This document shows positions 29,921 to 38,793 of a stretch of 64,000 nt of DNA, in pieces; within the stretch, counting starts at the first letter, position 1; every line of letters begins with the position of its first letter. A model generated the notes under the pieces. The model saw only the letters and a list, made by a program, of their open reading frames with translations. It searched no databases and was not told the DNA's origin. The translations under genes were made by a program, and so were the position numbers. This DNA is from an uncultured Bacteroidia bacterium (GTDB lineage Bacteria > Bacteroidota > Bacteroidia > Bacteroidales > UBA932): contig CACZWU010000014.1 in NCBI GenBank assembly GCA_902784965.1, forward strand, positions 2,885-66,884, in the 5' to 3' direction.

Positions 29921-30922
29921 ATGGCATACAACCTCCGCAACCGCAGCTTCCTCAAGCTGCTCGACTTCACCCCCCGGGAAATCCAGTATCTGCTCGACCT
30001 GGCCCGCGACCTGAAACGCGCCAAATACACCGGCACCGAACAACCCCGCATGAAGGGCAAGAACATCGCCCTGATCTTCGAGAAGACCTCCACCCGTACC
30101 CGCTGCGCCTTTGAGGTGGCTGCCTACGACCAGGGCGCCCATGTCACCTATCTCGGCCCTTCGGGCTCGCAGATCGGCATCAAGGAATCGATGAAAGACA
30201 CCGCCCGTGTGCTCGGCCGGATGTTCGACGGCATCGAATACCGCGGCTTCGCCCAGACTACCGTGGAGCAGCTCGCCGAATATTCGGGCGTTCCCGTGTG
30301 GAACGGCCTGACCAACGAATTCCATCCCACGCAGATCCTCGCCGACTTCCTGACGATGAGCGAACACGTCGACAAACCCCTCAGCCAGGTGTCGTACGCC
30401 TATCTGGGCGATGCCCGCTTCAACATGGGCAACTCCCTGATGGTGGGCGGTTGCAAAATGGGCATGGACGTACGCATCGTTGCTCCGAAATCGCTCTGGC
30501 CCAATCCGGAACTCGTGGAAACCTGCCGCAAGATCGCGGCCGAGACCGGCGCGAAGCTCACCCTCACCGACGATGTCGACAAGGGCGTCAAGGGCTGCGA
30601 CTTCCTCTACACCGACATCTGGGTGTCGATGGGCGAGCCCGACGAAGTCTGGAAAGAGCGCATCAACCTGCTGATGCCCTACCAGGTGAACAAGAAGATG
30701 ATGGAGCGTACCGGCAATCCGAAGTGCAAATTCATGCACTGCCTGCCTTCGTACCACAACCTCGAGACCCAGGCCGGCCGCGACGTCCACAAGAAGTTCG
30801 GCCTCGACGGCATCGAAGTCACGGAAGAAGTCTTCGAAAGCGAGAACAGCATCGTCTTCGACGAAGCCGAAAACCGTATGCACACCATCAAGGCCGTCAT
30901 GGTAGCGACCTTGGGTGACTGA
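29921..30922 (+). CDS. argF: Ornithine carbamoyltransferase (its position next to arcC suggests the catabolic role)
   Basis: The ATG at 29921 gives [28 protein letters not shown].., with the motifs [23 protein letters not shown] and FMHCLPSYH. Confidence 0.92.
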   Translation: MAYNLRNRSFLKLLDFTPREIQYLLDLARDLKRAKYTGTEQPRMKGKNIALIFEKTSTRTRCAFEVAAYDQGAHVTYLGPSGSQIGIKESMKDTARVLGRMFDGIEYRGFAQTTVEQLAEYSGVPVWNGLTNEFHPTQILADFLTMSEHVDKPLSQVSYAYLGDARFNMGNSLMVGGCKMGMDVRIVAPKSLWPNPELVETCRKIAAETGAKLTLTDDVDKGVKGCDFLYTDIWVSMGEPDEVWKERINLLMPYQVNKKMMERTGNPKCKFMHCLPSYHNLETQAGRDVHKKFGLDGIEVTEEVFESENSIVFDEAENRMHTIKAVMVATLGD

Positions 30923-31025
30923 TCCGCTGCGGATGGGAGGGGCCCAGGCACAGCCTGGGAGGGAGACGCGAAGCGTCGGTCCTCAAGGCAATAACCAGAG
31001 AGCCATCCCCATCCGCACAGGCTAT

Positions 31026-31054
31026 AACGAAAAGGGCGCCCCAGACAGGCGCCC
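31026..31054. terminator. Bidirectional terminator between convergent argF and rocD
   Basis: The hairpin is GGGCGCC-ccagaca-GGCGCCC. On the minus strand it is followed by TTTTCGTT, which is the better run and serves rocD. On the plus strand it is followed by TACTTTCTT. Confidence 0.65.
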
Positions 31055-31075
31055 TACTTTCTTATCCTCTTATCC

Positions 31076-32302
31076 TCAGATTGTCTCGAAGACTTCCTTG
31101 ATGATGCCGATGGCTTCGCGGAGCTGATCCTCGGTGATGACCAAGGGCGGGGCGAAGCGGATGATGTGGCGGTGGGTCGGCTTGGCGAGCAGGCCCTTTT
31201 CGGCCATCTTCAGGCAGATGTCCCAGGCTTCGATGCCGTTCTGCGGTTCGGTGATCACGGCGTTGAGCAGACCCTTACCGCGGACCGACTTGAAGTACGG
31301 CGACTTGATCTTGGAAATCTCCTCCCGGAAAATGACGCCCAGGCGGGCGGCGTTCTCGGTGAGATGCTCGTCGCGGATGACTTCAAGGGCGGCCACTGCC
31401 ACCTTGGCGGCAAGCGGGAAGCCGCCGAAGGTCGAGCCGTGCTCACCCGGCTTGATGGTCAGCATGATCTCGTCGTCGGCCAGCACGGCGGAGACGGGCA
31501 GCACGCCACCGGAGAGGGCCTTGCCGATGGTAATCATATCGGGACGAACGCCTTCGTGGTCGCAGGCGAACATCTTGCCGGTACGGGCGATACCCGTCTG
31601 CACCTCATCGGCGATGAAAAGCACGTTGTGGGCATGGCAGAGGTCGTAGCATTTCTTGATGTAACCGTCGTCGGGAACATACACACCGGCCTCACCCTGG
31701 ATGGGCTCCACGATCATCGCGCAGACCTTGTCGCCTTTCTCGTCGAGGACGCTCTTCAGGGACTCCGTGTCGTTGTACGGGATCTTGATGAATCCCGGGG
31801 TGAACGGACCGTAGTTGTAGTAGCTGTCCGGGTCGTTCGACATCGTGACGATGGTGATGGTCCGGCCGTGGAAGTTGCCGTCGCAGACGACGATCAGGGC
31901 TTCGTTCTCGGGAATGCCTTTCACCACGTAGCCCCAGCGGCGGGCCAGTTTGAGCGCTGTCTCGACGGCTTCGGCGCCGGAGTTCATCGGCAGGAGCTTG
32001 TCGTAGCCGAAGAATTTGGTGGCAAATTCCTCATAGGGGCCGAGGCAGTCGTTGTAGAAGGCGCGCGATGTCAGGCAGAGATTCTGGGCCTGGTCGGTGA
32101 GGGCCTTCACGATTTTGGGATGGCAGTGTCCCTGGTTCACGGCAGAATAGGCCGACAGGAAGTCGAAATAGCGTTTGCCGTCCACATCCCAGACGAAAGC
32201 GCCTTTGCCCTTCGAAAGAACGACCGGCAGTGGATGATAGTTATGGGCACCGTACCGATCTTCCTGATCGATGTACTTCTGAGCATTTGGTGTGATATTC
32301 AT
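31076..32302 (-). CDS. rocD: Ornithine aminotransferase (ornithine--oxo-acid transaminase)
   Basis: The ATG at 32302 gives [62 protein letters not shown].. It has DEVQTGI, and the PLP-lysine context is TIGKALSGG. Confidence 0.9.
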   Translation of the reverse strand: MNITPNAQKYIDQEDRYGAHNYHPLPVVLSKGKGAFVWDVDGKRYFDFLSAYSAVNQGHCHPKIVKALTDQAQNLCLTSRAFYNDCLGPYEEFATKFFGYDKLLPMNSGAEAVETALKLARRWGYVVKGIPENEALIVVCDGNFHGRTITIVTMSNDPDSYYNYGPFTPGFIKIPYNDTESLKSVLDEKGDKVCAMIVEPIQGEAGVYVPDDGYIKKCYDLCHAHNVLFIADEVQTGIARTGKMFACDHEGVRPDMITIGKALSGGVLPVSAVLADDEIMLTIKPGEHGSTFGGFPLAAKVAVAALEVIRDEHLTENAARLGVIFREEISKIKSPYFKSVRGKGLLNAVITEPQNGIEAWDICLKMAEKGLLAKPTHRHIIRFAPPLVITEDQLREAIGIIKEVFETI

Positions 32303-32370
32303 GGCTTTTGGTTTAAAATTGCAATTGAATCCACAAATTTGCGAAATAATTTGCAAAAAAACCAATCGAT

Positions 32371-33597
32371 TTACATCCGTTTCCTGAGGCTGTACCAGAG
32401 ACTGCGGTCGTGTTTGTCTTTGCGGAAGGCGGCACGGGCTCCTTCCAGAGTGATTTCTTCTGCGTCATCCAGGAGCCGGAGGAAGTCGGCTGACAGCCTT
32501 TCCGTCAGTGCGGCATCGCAGACCAGGGCCGCTATTTCGTAGTTGATCAGGAGACTGCGGTAATCCAAATTCGTGGACCCCAACAGCGAAAGATTCCTGT
32601 CGCACAAGACCATCTTGGTATGGTCGAAACGGGGCGTGTACTCATAGATCTTCACCGATTTCTCCAGGCACTCCTCATAAAACGACTCGTTGACCAGCTT
32701 CATGAAAGGATTGTCCACCTTCTTGGGAAGCAGGATCCGGACATCCACCCCCCGCTCCGCCGCTTCGCGCATCGCCCGGACGATACTGTCGGTCGGGGAG
32801 AAATACGGCGTCTGGAGATAGACCCGCTCCCTGGCCAGTTTCAGCATCTGGCAGATGGCCTCCTCCATAATGGTATCGCCCCCACCGAAAGCACACATCT
32901 GGACGGTCACGCCTCCTTCCACGGGCTGCGGTACGAACGCAGATGCTTCCACCGGCTCTCCGCCACGCTGCTCCCACATCTCGTCGAAGAAGCGGCGCAG
33001 GAGCGCCACCGCCGGCCCCTTGATGCGGATGTTCGTGTCACGCCATTCATCGACGTACTTCTTGACGATATTCGACCCGCCCGTATAGCCGATTTCCTCA
33101 TCGACCACCAGGATTTTCCGGTGGTCGCGATGGCTGATCCCACGGAAAACCCGGGAAAACGAGCCGTCGGTATCGGTAAAGAACAACAACCGGGCACCGG
33201 CTTTCTCCATCTTCTGATAGAACGATTTCGGGAAGAAGGGACTGCAGAGGTTCTCGATCAGAATATGCACCTGTACGCCCTCCGCCAGTTTTTCGAGCAC
33301 CGCTTCGCGAATCAGCTCGCCGGCCTCATCGGGTGCCCAGCGATAGTATTCGATACGGATGGATTTCCGGGCGTTCCTGATGTCCTGCAGCATCGCTTCC
33401 CATAGCCGACGACCGTCCGTGATGACTTCGATCTCATTTCCGCCCACCGGCATCAGGTCCGGTTCACCCCGCGACAAGATTTCCACCACAGGGAGCAAAT
33501 AGTCCGAAACGGGACCCTCTTGCTCCGCGGCCACCGCCGTCAGGTGCAGTGCGCATAGGACCAAAACGAAGCAAACCAGATGTTTTAGGACAAACAC
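32371..33597 (-). CDS. Phospholipase D superfamily protein with two HKD motifs (cardiolipin-synthase-like)
   Basis: The HKD motifs are [19 protein letters not shown] and [24 protein letters not shown]. An N-terminal hydrophobic helix is present. The longest ORF start is GTG, so the start is uncertain. Confidence 0.8.
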   Translation of the reverse strand: MFVLKHLVCFVLVLCALHLTAVAAEQEGPVSDYLLPVVEILSRGEPDLMPVGGNEIEVITDGRRLWEAMLQDIRNARKSIRIEYYRWAPDEAGELIREAVLEKLAEGVQVHILIENLCSPFFPKSFYQKMEKAGARLLFFTDTDGSFSRVFRGISHRDHRKILVVDEEIGYTGGSNIVKKYVDEWRDTNIRIKGPAVALLRRFFDEMWEQRGGEPVEASAFVPQPVEGGVTVQMCAFGGGDTIMEEAICQMLKLARERVYLQTPYFSPTDSIVRAMREAAERGVDVRILLPKKVDNPFMKLVNESFYEECLEKSVKIYEYTPRFDHTKMVLCDRNLSLLGSTNLDYRSLLINYEIAALVCDAALTERLSADFLRLLDDAEEITLEGARAAFRKDKHDRSLWYSLRKRM

Positions 33598-33660
33598 GAC
33601 GTAAAGATATATAATTTTCTATGAATAATGCGATATGGCATCCGAATCGGGCGAATAAAG

Positions 33661-34977
33661 TCACGGCAGCTTCGTCCAGACGCTCCGCGGAGCGGCGAGG
33701 GTCATATAGACCGAGCGGACCACCAGATGGACGAAATAGGCGATGTAGAGCGCCTGCGGGCCGAAGTGCGGTACGCAGAGATAGAAGGAGGCGATGAACA
33801 GGCCGGCCGACCAGATCATACAGACCATCAGCGAACGCGACGCCGTGGCACCCACGTAAATGCCATCCCAGATAAAAGCCACACAGCTGAGCAGCGGCAT
33901 CAGCAGCAACCAGAACAGATAGGGTTCACTCGCCGCGATGACCTCGGCATTGTCGGTCAGGATGCAGATGATGGCCCGCGGAAATACCGCATAGGCTACG
34001 GTCGAGACGACACCGATGACCCCTCCCCAGAAAAAGACATATTTGACGGTCTCGTTGAGGGAAGAGCGGTCCTGCTCCCCGATGAAACGGCCCGTCAGCG
34101 CCTCGCCCGCATAGGCAAAACCATCGACAAAATACGAGTAGAGCAGCAGCAGGTGCATCATCACCGAACTGACGGCCAGTTCCACGTCGCCGAAGCGCGC
34201 GGCGAAGATCGTGAAACCCTCGTAGACCACCAGCATCAGCAGCGAACGGATGAACAGGAAACTGTTGACCGAGAAGAACCCTCGGAAATACTTCCATTTC
34301 ATACTGTGCAGGATGGTGGTCTGTCTCATCAGGGAGCGATAGCGCGAATACATCATTAGGAAGGCCAATGCCAGGCCCGTCCACTGCGCCACCAGGGTTC
34401 CCACAGCCACGCCGCTGATACCCAGCGGCGTATAGAACGACAGCAGCCAACTGGCCAGCATATTGACGATGTTGACCCACAGGTCGACAATCATCGGGAA
34501 CACGGTGTTCTGCATCCCGATGAACCACCCTTTGAAGACGAAGAGCGACAGGGTGGCGGGCGCCGCCCAGACCCGGATGAAGAAGTAGTTCCGGGCGATG
34601 CTCTCCACCTCCGGCGAACAGTCGACCAGCAGGAACATCGCTTCGGCAAAGAGCCATTGGATGGCCAGTACCAGCATAGAGGCCACGAGCGCCGTGGCGA
34701 TGCCCTGTGAGAAGGTGCCGATCGATGCTTTCCAGTCGCCACGGCCGTAGGCCTGCGCGGTGATGCCGCCGGTGCCTACCCGCAGGAAACCCATGTTCCA
34801 GTACAGCAGGTCGAAGAGCATCGTGCCGACAGCAATGCCGCCGATCAGCGCGGCGTCGCCCAGGTGGCCGGCAATGGCCGTGTCCACAATGCCCACCAGG
34901 GGCACCGTGATGTTGGCCAGGATGCTCGGCACGGCGAGGCGGACCACTTCCCGGTTGATCGGATTGCGAAAGGCCAT
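33661..34977 (-). CDS. MATE-family efflux transporter (DinF-like)
   Basis: 438 aa and polytopic, with the N-terminus MAFRNPINREVVRLAVPSILANITVPLVGIVDTAIAGHLG. Confidence 0.88.
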   Translation of the reverse strand: MAFRNPINREVVRLAVPSILANITVPLVGIVDTAIAGHLGDAALIGGIAVGTMLFDLLYWNMGFLRVGTGGITAQAYGRGDWKASIGTFSQGIATALVASMLVLAIQWLFAEAMFLLVDCSPEVESIARNYFFIRVWAAPATLSLFVFKGWFIGMQNTVFPMIVDLWVNIVNMLASWLLSFYTPLGISGVAVGTLVAQWTGLALAFLMMYSRYRSLMRQTTILHSMKWKYFRGFFSVNSFLFIRSLLMLVVYEGFTIFAARFGDVELAVSSVMMHLLLLYSYFVDGFAYAGEALTGRFIGEQDRSSLNETVKYVFFWGGVIGVVSTVAYAVFPRAIICILTDNAEVIAASEPYLFWLLLMPLLSCVAFIWDGIYVGATASRSLMVCMIWSAGLFIASFYLCVPHFGPQALYIAYFVHLVVRSVYMTLAAPRSVWTKLP

Positions 34978-35895
34978 TTAGCGATATTTGTGCTCTTCTT
35001 CCAGCATCCCCAGATAGGAGCTGTAGCGTTCGGGCGAGATGGTGCCCTCTTCCAGGGCCGCCTTGACGGCGCAGCCGGGCTCGTGGGTGTGGGTGCAGGG
35101 CTTGAAGCGGCAGTCGTCCATCACGCGCAGCATTTCTGGGAAATAGGTGCTGAGTTCCTCCGCCTCGATGTCGACCAGGCCGAAACCCCTGATGCCCGGG
35201 GTGTCGATCACGTAACCGCCACCCGAAAGCGGATGCATCTCGTAGAAAGTGGTGGTATGCTTGCCCTGCAGGTGGCTGAGTGAAATCTCGCCGATCTTCG
35301 GGTCGAGGGTCGGATCGAGGGCTTTCAGCAGGGAGGATTTACCGACGCCCGAAGCCCCGGAAAACAGGGTCAGCCCTTCGCGGCAGAGGGCGCGCACCTG
35401 CGACAGCCCCGTGCCTTTGCGGGCAGAGATCTCCAGCACTTCGTAGCCCGCGTCGCGGTAGAGTTGCTTGAACGCGGCGAGCTGTTCCTGCAGCACCGGT
35501 TCCGTGTAGAGGTCGATTTTGTTGACCAGGATCACGGGGCGGATGCCGTAGGCCTCGCAGGTCACCAGGAAGCGGTCGACGAAGGCCAGCTTGGTCTCGG
35601 GCAGGATGATGGTGACCAGCAGAAACACGCGGTCGAGATTGGCGGCGATGATGTGGCTCTCGCGGCTCAGGTTGGTGGAACGGCGGATGATGTAGTTCTT
35701 GCGGGGCAGGATCTTCGTGATGGTCTCGCCTTCATATTCCACGCGGTCGCCCACGGCGATGGGATTGGTGGTCTTGGTCCCGGCCAGGCGCAGCCTGCCC
35801 CGGATGACCGCCGGGAAGGGTGCCCATTCTGGCAGCACGGAGAGCAGGTAGTGGCTTCCCGTGTGCTTGACGACCGTTGCAATGCCTTTTTCCAT
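34978..35895 (-). CDS. rsgA: Ribosome small-subunit-dependent GTPase A
   Basis: It has the G motifs LVNKIDL and GASGVGKSSLLKAL, plus the zinc-finger segment CRFKPCTHTHEPGCAV. Confidence 0.92.
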   Translation of the reverse strand: MEKGIATVVKHTGSHYLLSVLPEWAPFPAVIRGRLRLAGTKTTNPIAVGDRVEYEGETITKILPRKNYIIRRSTNLSRESHIIAANLDRVFLLVTIILPETKLAFVDRFLVTCEAYGIRPVILVNKIDLYTEPVLQEQLAAFKQLYRDAGYEVLEISARKGTGLSQVRALCREGLTLFSGASGVGKSSLLKALDPTLDPKIGEISLSHLQGKHTTTFYEMHPLSGGGYVIDTPGIRGFGLVDIEAEELSTYFPEMLRVMDDCRFKPCTHTHEPGCAVKAALEEGTISPERYSSYLGMLEEEHKYR

Positions 35896-35900
35896 CGCTG

Positions 35901-35926
35901 CAAAGATAAAAAATTTCCTATCTTTG
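35901..35926. promoter_or_regulatory. Back-to-back divergent TATCTTTG -7 boxes (rsgA on the minus strand, polyprenyl synthase on the plus strand)
   Basis: The minus-strand box is at 35908-35901, 5 nt from the rsgA ATG. The plus-strand box is at 35919-35926, 19 nt from the ATG at 35946. Confidence 0.5.
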
Positions 35927-35945
35927 TCAGATAAATACTTTGTGT

Positions 35946-36923
35946 ATGTATACCCTCGAAGAAATCGACCGCATCGTAGAAAATGCCTCCAAGCTGCAGC
36001 TCATCCACCGGGAACCGGCAAATCTGTACGAACCGCTGGACTATATGATGTCGATCGGCGGCAAACGCCTCCGCCCCAAGCTCTGTCTGCACTCCTACAA
36101 CCTGCTGAGCGACGACATGGGCAATTCCATCATCTTTCCGGCCATGGCCCTGGAAGTCTTCCACGAATACACCCTCATCCACGACGACATCATGGACCGC
36201 TCTGACACGCGGCGCGGCAACCCCACCGTCTACAAAAAGTGGAATGAGAACATTGCGATCCTTTCGGGCGACGTGATGTCGCTCCTTTCCTACAAATACC
36301 TGGCTTACGCCCCGACGGAAGTGCTGCCCGACGCGCTGAAGCTCTTTACCGAAACCACCATGCAGGTCTGCGAGGGACAACAATACGACATGGACTTCGA
36401 AAACCTTCCTTTCATCACGAAAGAAGACTATCTGATGATGATCGGGCTCAAGACGGCGGTGCTGCTGGCCTGCTCCTGCAAGATGGGCGCCCTGATCGGC
36501 GGCGCACCCGTGCCGGTGTGCAATGCCCTCTACCAGTTCGGCTACAAACTGGGTATCGCCTTCCAGATTACCGACGATTACCTCGACACCTTCGGCAACG
36601 AGCAGGTGTTCGGCAAGAAGATCGGCGGCGACATCGTCAACAACAAGAAGACCTGGCTGCTGGTCGACTGTATCCGCCGGGCCGACGGCGAAAAGAAACA
36701 GGCCCTTGAGAAACTGATGCAACTGGGCGAGGAAGACCGCGCCCTCAAGGTCGAATCGGTCCGCAACCTGTATGTCGAACTCGGAGTGAAGGAAGCCGCC
36801 GAAGCCGAAATCCTGGCCTGGCACCGGAAAGCCCTCGAAGAACTCGACAAAACCGGCATCGCTCCCCAGCAGACCCGCAACCTGCGGCAATTTGCCGAGG
36901 CGCTCCTCCGTCGTGAAAAATAA
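35946..36923 (+). CDS. Polyprenyl diphosphate synthase family protein
   Basis: The first DDxxD motif is FHEYTLIHDDIMD and the second is ITDDYLD. I used the ATG at 35946, because the longest ORF start at 35940 is TTG. Confidence 0.88.
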   Translation: MYTLEEIDRIVENASKLQLIHREPANLYEPLDYMMSIGGKRLRPKLCLHSYNLLSDDMGNSIIFPAMALEVFHEYTLIHDDIMDRSDTRRGNPTVYKKWNENIAILSGDVMSLLSYKYLAYAPTEVLPDALKLFTETTMQVCEGQQYDMDFENLPFITKEDYLMMIGLKTAVLLACSCKMGALIGGAPVPVCNALYQFGYKLGIAFQITDDYLDTFGNEQVFGKKIGGDIVNNKKTWLLVDCIRRADGEKKQALEKLMQLGEEDRALKVESVRNLYVELGVKEAAEAEILAWHRKALEELDKTGIAPQQTRNLRQFAEALLRREK

Positions 36924-38145
36924 ACTCGAGATCATGGCTCCGGCAGGCAACTTCGAATGCCTGCAAGCCGCCATCCAGGGTGGGGCTGATTCCGTGTATT
37001 TCGGTATCGGCCACCTCAACATGCGCTCCCACTCGGCCAACAATTTTGCCCCGGAAGACCTGCGGCAGGTATGCGACATCTGTCGCGCAGCCGGTGTGCG
37101 CAGCTATCTGACCCTCAACATCACGCTCTACGACGAGGACCTGGCGGCCATGCGGGAGGTGCTCGACGCGGCCGCCAAGGCCGGCGTGAGCGCCGTCATC
37201 TGTTCCGACATGGCGGCCATCGCCGCAGCCCGGCAACGCGGGCTCGAGGTGCATATTTCCACACAATTGAGCATCTCCAACATCGAAAGCCTGCGCTTCT
37301 ACAGCCAGTTCGCCGACGTCGTCGTGCTGGCCCGCGAACTCAACCTGCACCAGGTGCGGGCCATCCGGGAGGCCATCGACCGCGAGGGCCTCTGCGGACC
37401 GTCAGGCCGTCCTGTGCAGATCGAGATGTTCTGCCACGGAGCCCTGTGCATGGCCATTTCGGGCAAATGCTATCTGTCGCTCCACGAACACGCCGCGTCG
37501 GCCAACCGCGGCAACTGCTACCAGGTGTGCCGTCGCGGCTACGAGGTGACCGATCTCGACTCGGGCCGGCAGCTGCACATCGACCATCAATATATCATGT
37601 CGCCCAAAGACCTGTGTACCATTGAGTTTCTCGACAAGATGGCCGCCTCGGGCGTATCGGTGTTCAAGATCGAGGGGCGGGCCCGTAGCGGGGAATATGT
37701 GCTGGCGGCCTCGCGCGCCTATCGCGAGGCGGCCGACGCCATCGAGGCGGGAACCTTCTCGCCCGAACTGGGGGCTTCGCTGAAGGAGCGCCTCTCCACG
37801 GTGTTCAACCGCGGTTTCTGGGACGGTTATTACCAGGGGGCGCGGCTGGGTGAGTGGAGCAGCGTGTATGGCAATCAGGCCACGCGCACGAAGGTCTATC
37901 TGGGTCGCGTGACGGATTATTATGCGCGGCTGGGGGTAGCGGAGATCCAGATGGAGACGGGCTCTTTCCGGGTGGGCGATCCGCTGCTGATCTGCGGCGC
38001 CACCACGGGTGTGCTGGAAGTGGCGCCGGCCGAAATCCGGCTCGACGATGCGCACATATTGCAAGAGGCCGCCAAAGGCGACCTCTGCGCCATCCCCGTC
38101 CCGCAGCGCGTCCGCCGCGGCGACAAAGTTTATCTGTTCAAATAG
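36913..38145 (+). CDS. Peptidase U32 family protein
   Basis: The N-terminus KLEIMAPAGNFECLQAAIQGGADSVYFG is typical of U32. The start is ambiguous among TTG 36892, GTG 36913 and ATG 36934. Confidence 0.85.
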   Translation: MKNKLEIMAPAGNFECLQAAIQGGADSVYFGIGHLNMRSHSANNFAPEDLRQVCDICRAAGVRSYLTLNITLYDEDLAAMREVLDAAAKAGVSAVICSDMAAIAAARQRGLEVHISTQLSISNIESLRFYSQFADVVVLARELNLHQVRAIREAIDREGLCGPSGRPVQIEMFCHGALCMAISGKCYLSLHEHAASANRGNCYQVCRRGYEVTDLDSGRQLHIDHQYIMSPKDLCTIEFLDKMAASGVSVFKIEGRARSGEYVLAASRAYREAADAIEAGTFSPELGASLKERLSTVFNRGFWDGYYQGARLGEWSSVYGNQATRTKVYLGRVTDYYARLGVAEIQMETGSFRVGDPLLICGATTGVLEVAPAEIRLDDAHILQEAAKGDLCAIPVPQRVRRGDKVYLFK

Positions 38146-38340
38146 AGGCGGGCCTTCCCTGAGGCGTGTTCAGAACCCTCGTTGCGCCGAGGGCGTCTGT
38201 CTTGTATTTACTGGGCTCCGCCCAGACCTGCCGCTACGACCGGCTATTACACAAGGTTCGTGCAGGACGTCCAGGCTCTTGGCGTCGATGGTGGCGCCGA
38301 GGTGGTAGGAGAGATATTGCAGCATCTTGCGGGAGAATTC
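38146..38340. repeat. Left arm of the inverted duplication (copy of the recO 3' end plus the recO-downstream spacer)
   Basis: 38197-38256 is the exact reverse complement of 41745-41804 (60/60). 38257-38340 is the exact reverse complement of 41569-41652 (84/84). 38147-38158 roughly matches the reverse complement of 41806-41820. A 38-nt left-specific insert (38159-38196) carries the hairpin CCCTCG-ttgcgc-CGAGGG. Confidence 0.95.
38257..38340 (-). pseudogene. Orphan fragment of recO (last 28 codons, GEFSRKMLQYLSYHLGATIDAKSLDVLHE)
   Basis: It is identical to the recO 3' end. An in-frame TAG lies 9 nt (three codons) upstream of the fragment on the minus strand, so it is not part of a larger ORF. 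Confidence 0.85.
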
Positions 38341-38590
38341 ACTCCGGCGCTATGCTGGCTCTGGTATCGGTCTGTGCGTGCAGAAAAAAATGCCCGCCCA
38401 TCCTGATACCACCCGCCTGCTTCGCTTTCCGTCAACTTGTGACACCCTCGGCATCGACGGGAAGCAGCCTGCGCGATTTCGCGTGGAACAACCCCCTCAG
38501 TACAGGGGGTCGTTCCACGCTACATCCCCCCTGAATGCATTGCGCGTATGATGAGCGTGTCTCAGTTTGGCTGGGCGTCCGCTGTCTCTT

Positions 38591-38755
38591 CGAGTGTAAT
38601 CGTCAAGCGCGGTTATCCCGTTCAGAAGGCCTTTCATCAGGGTCAACCGCGCTCAGTCTGCCTTTGCTGAGCAGACCGAGTGCGCTACCCATCCTTCCAC
38701 GTCGTTCTAAGGCCTTTGCCCGTGGCAAACGATTACACTCGTCCACCTTTTTTTT
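38591..38755 (+). other. Structured non-coding element of unknown class (13-bp closing helix, internal hairpins, T8 tract)
   Basis: CGAGTGTAATCGT (38591-38603) pairs with ACGATTACACTCG (38729-38741). Internal hairpins are AGCGCGGTT..AACCGCGCT (38606-38653) and GTCTGC..GCAGAC (38656-38676). A T8 run lies at 38748-38755. No plausible ORF is present. Confidence 0.4.
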
Positions 38756-38793
38756 CCGCTGATCCGCGAAAACCCCGAGGGATTACATCGATT

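Noticed and set aside
30923-31025. A possible fourth copy of the R element in the argF-rocD spacer (CCGCTGCGGA.., ..GGCAATAACC..).
   Set aside because: The resemblance is limited to a few short words. The hairpins and their order are not preserved when aligned by eye.
38166-38762. Track ORFs in the gap: 38166-38534, 38182-38406, 38247-38435, 38327-38551 and 38535-38762.
   Set aside because: They are short, mutually overlapping and Arg/Pro/Cys-rich. Parts of them are out-of-frame readings of the duplicated recO tail. None has a start context or recognisable motifs.
38341-38793. Possible tmRNA, RNase P RNA, SRP (4.5S) RNA or 6S RNA in the large convergent gap.
   Set aside because: I could not find GAGGAAAGTCC or ACAGAAC..GGCTTA (RNase P), GGAAGCAGC with a GNRA-capped helix 8 (SRP), or a tRNA-like GGTTCGA T-arm with an ACCA end and a tag ORF (tmRNA). 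The fold is not rod-like as 6S requires. It is kept only as an unknown structured element.
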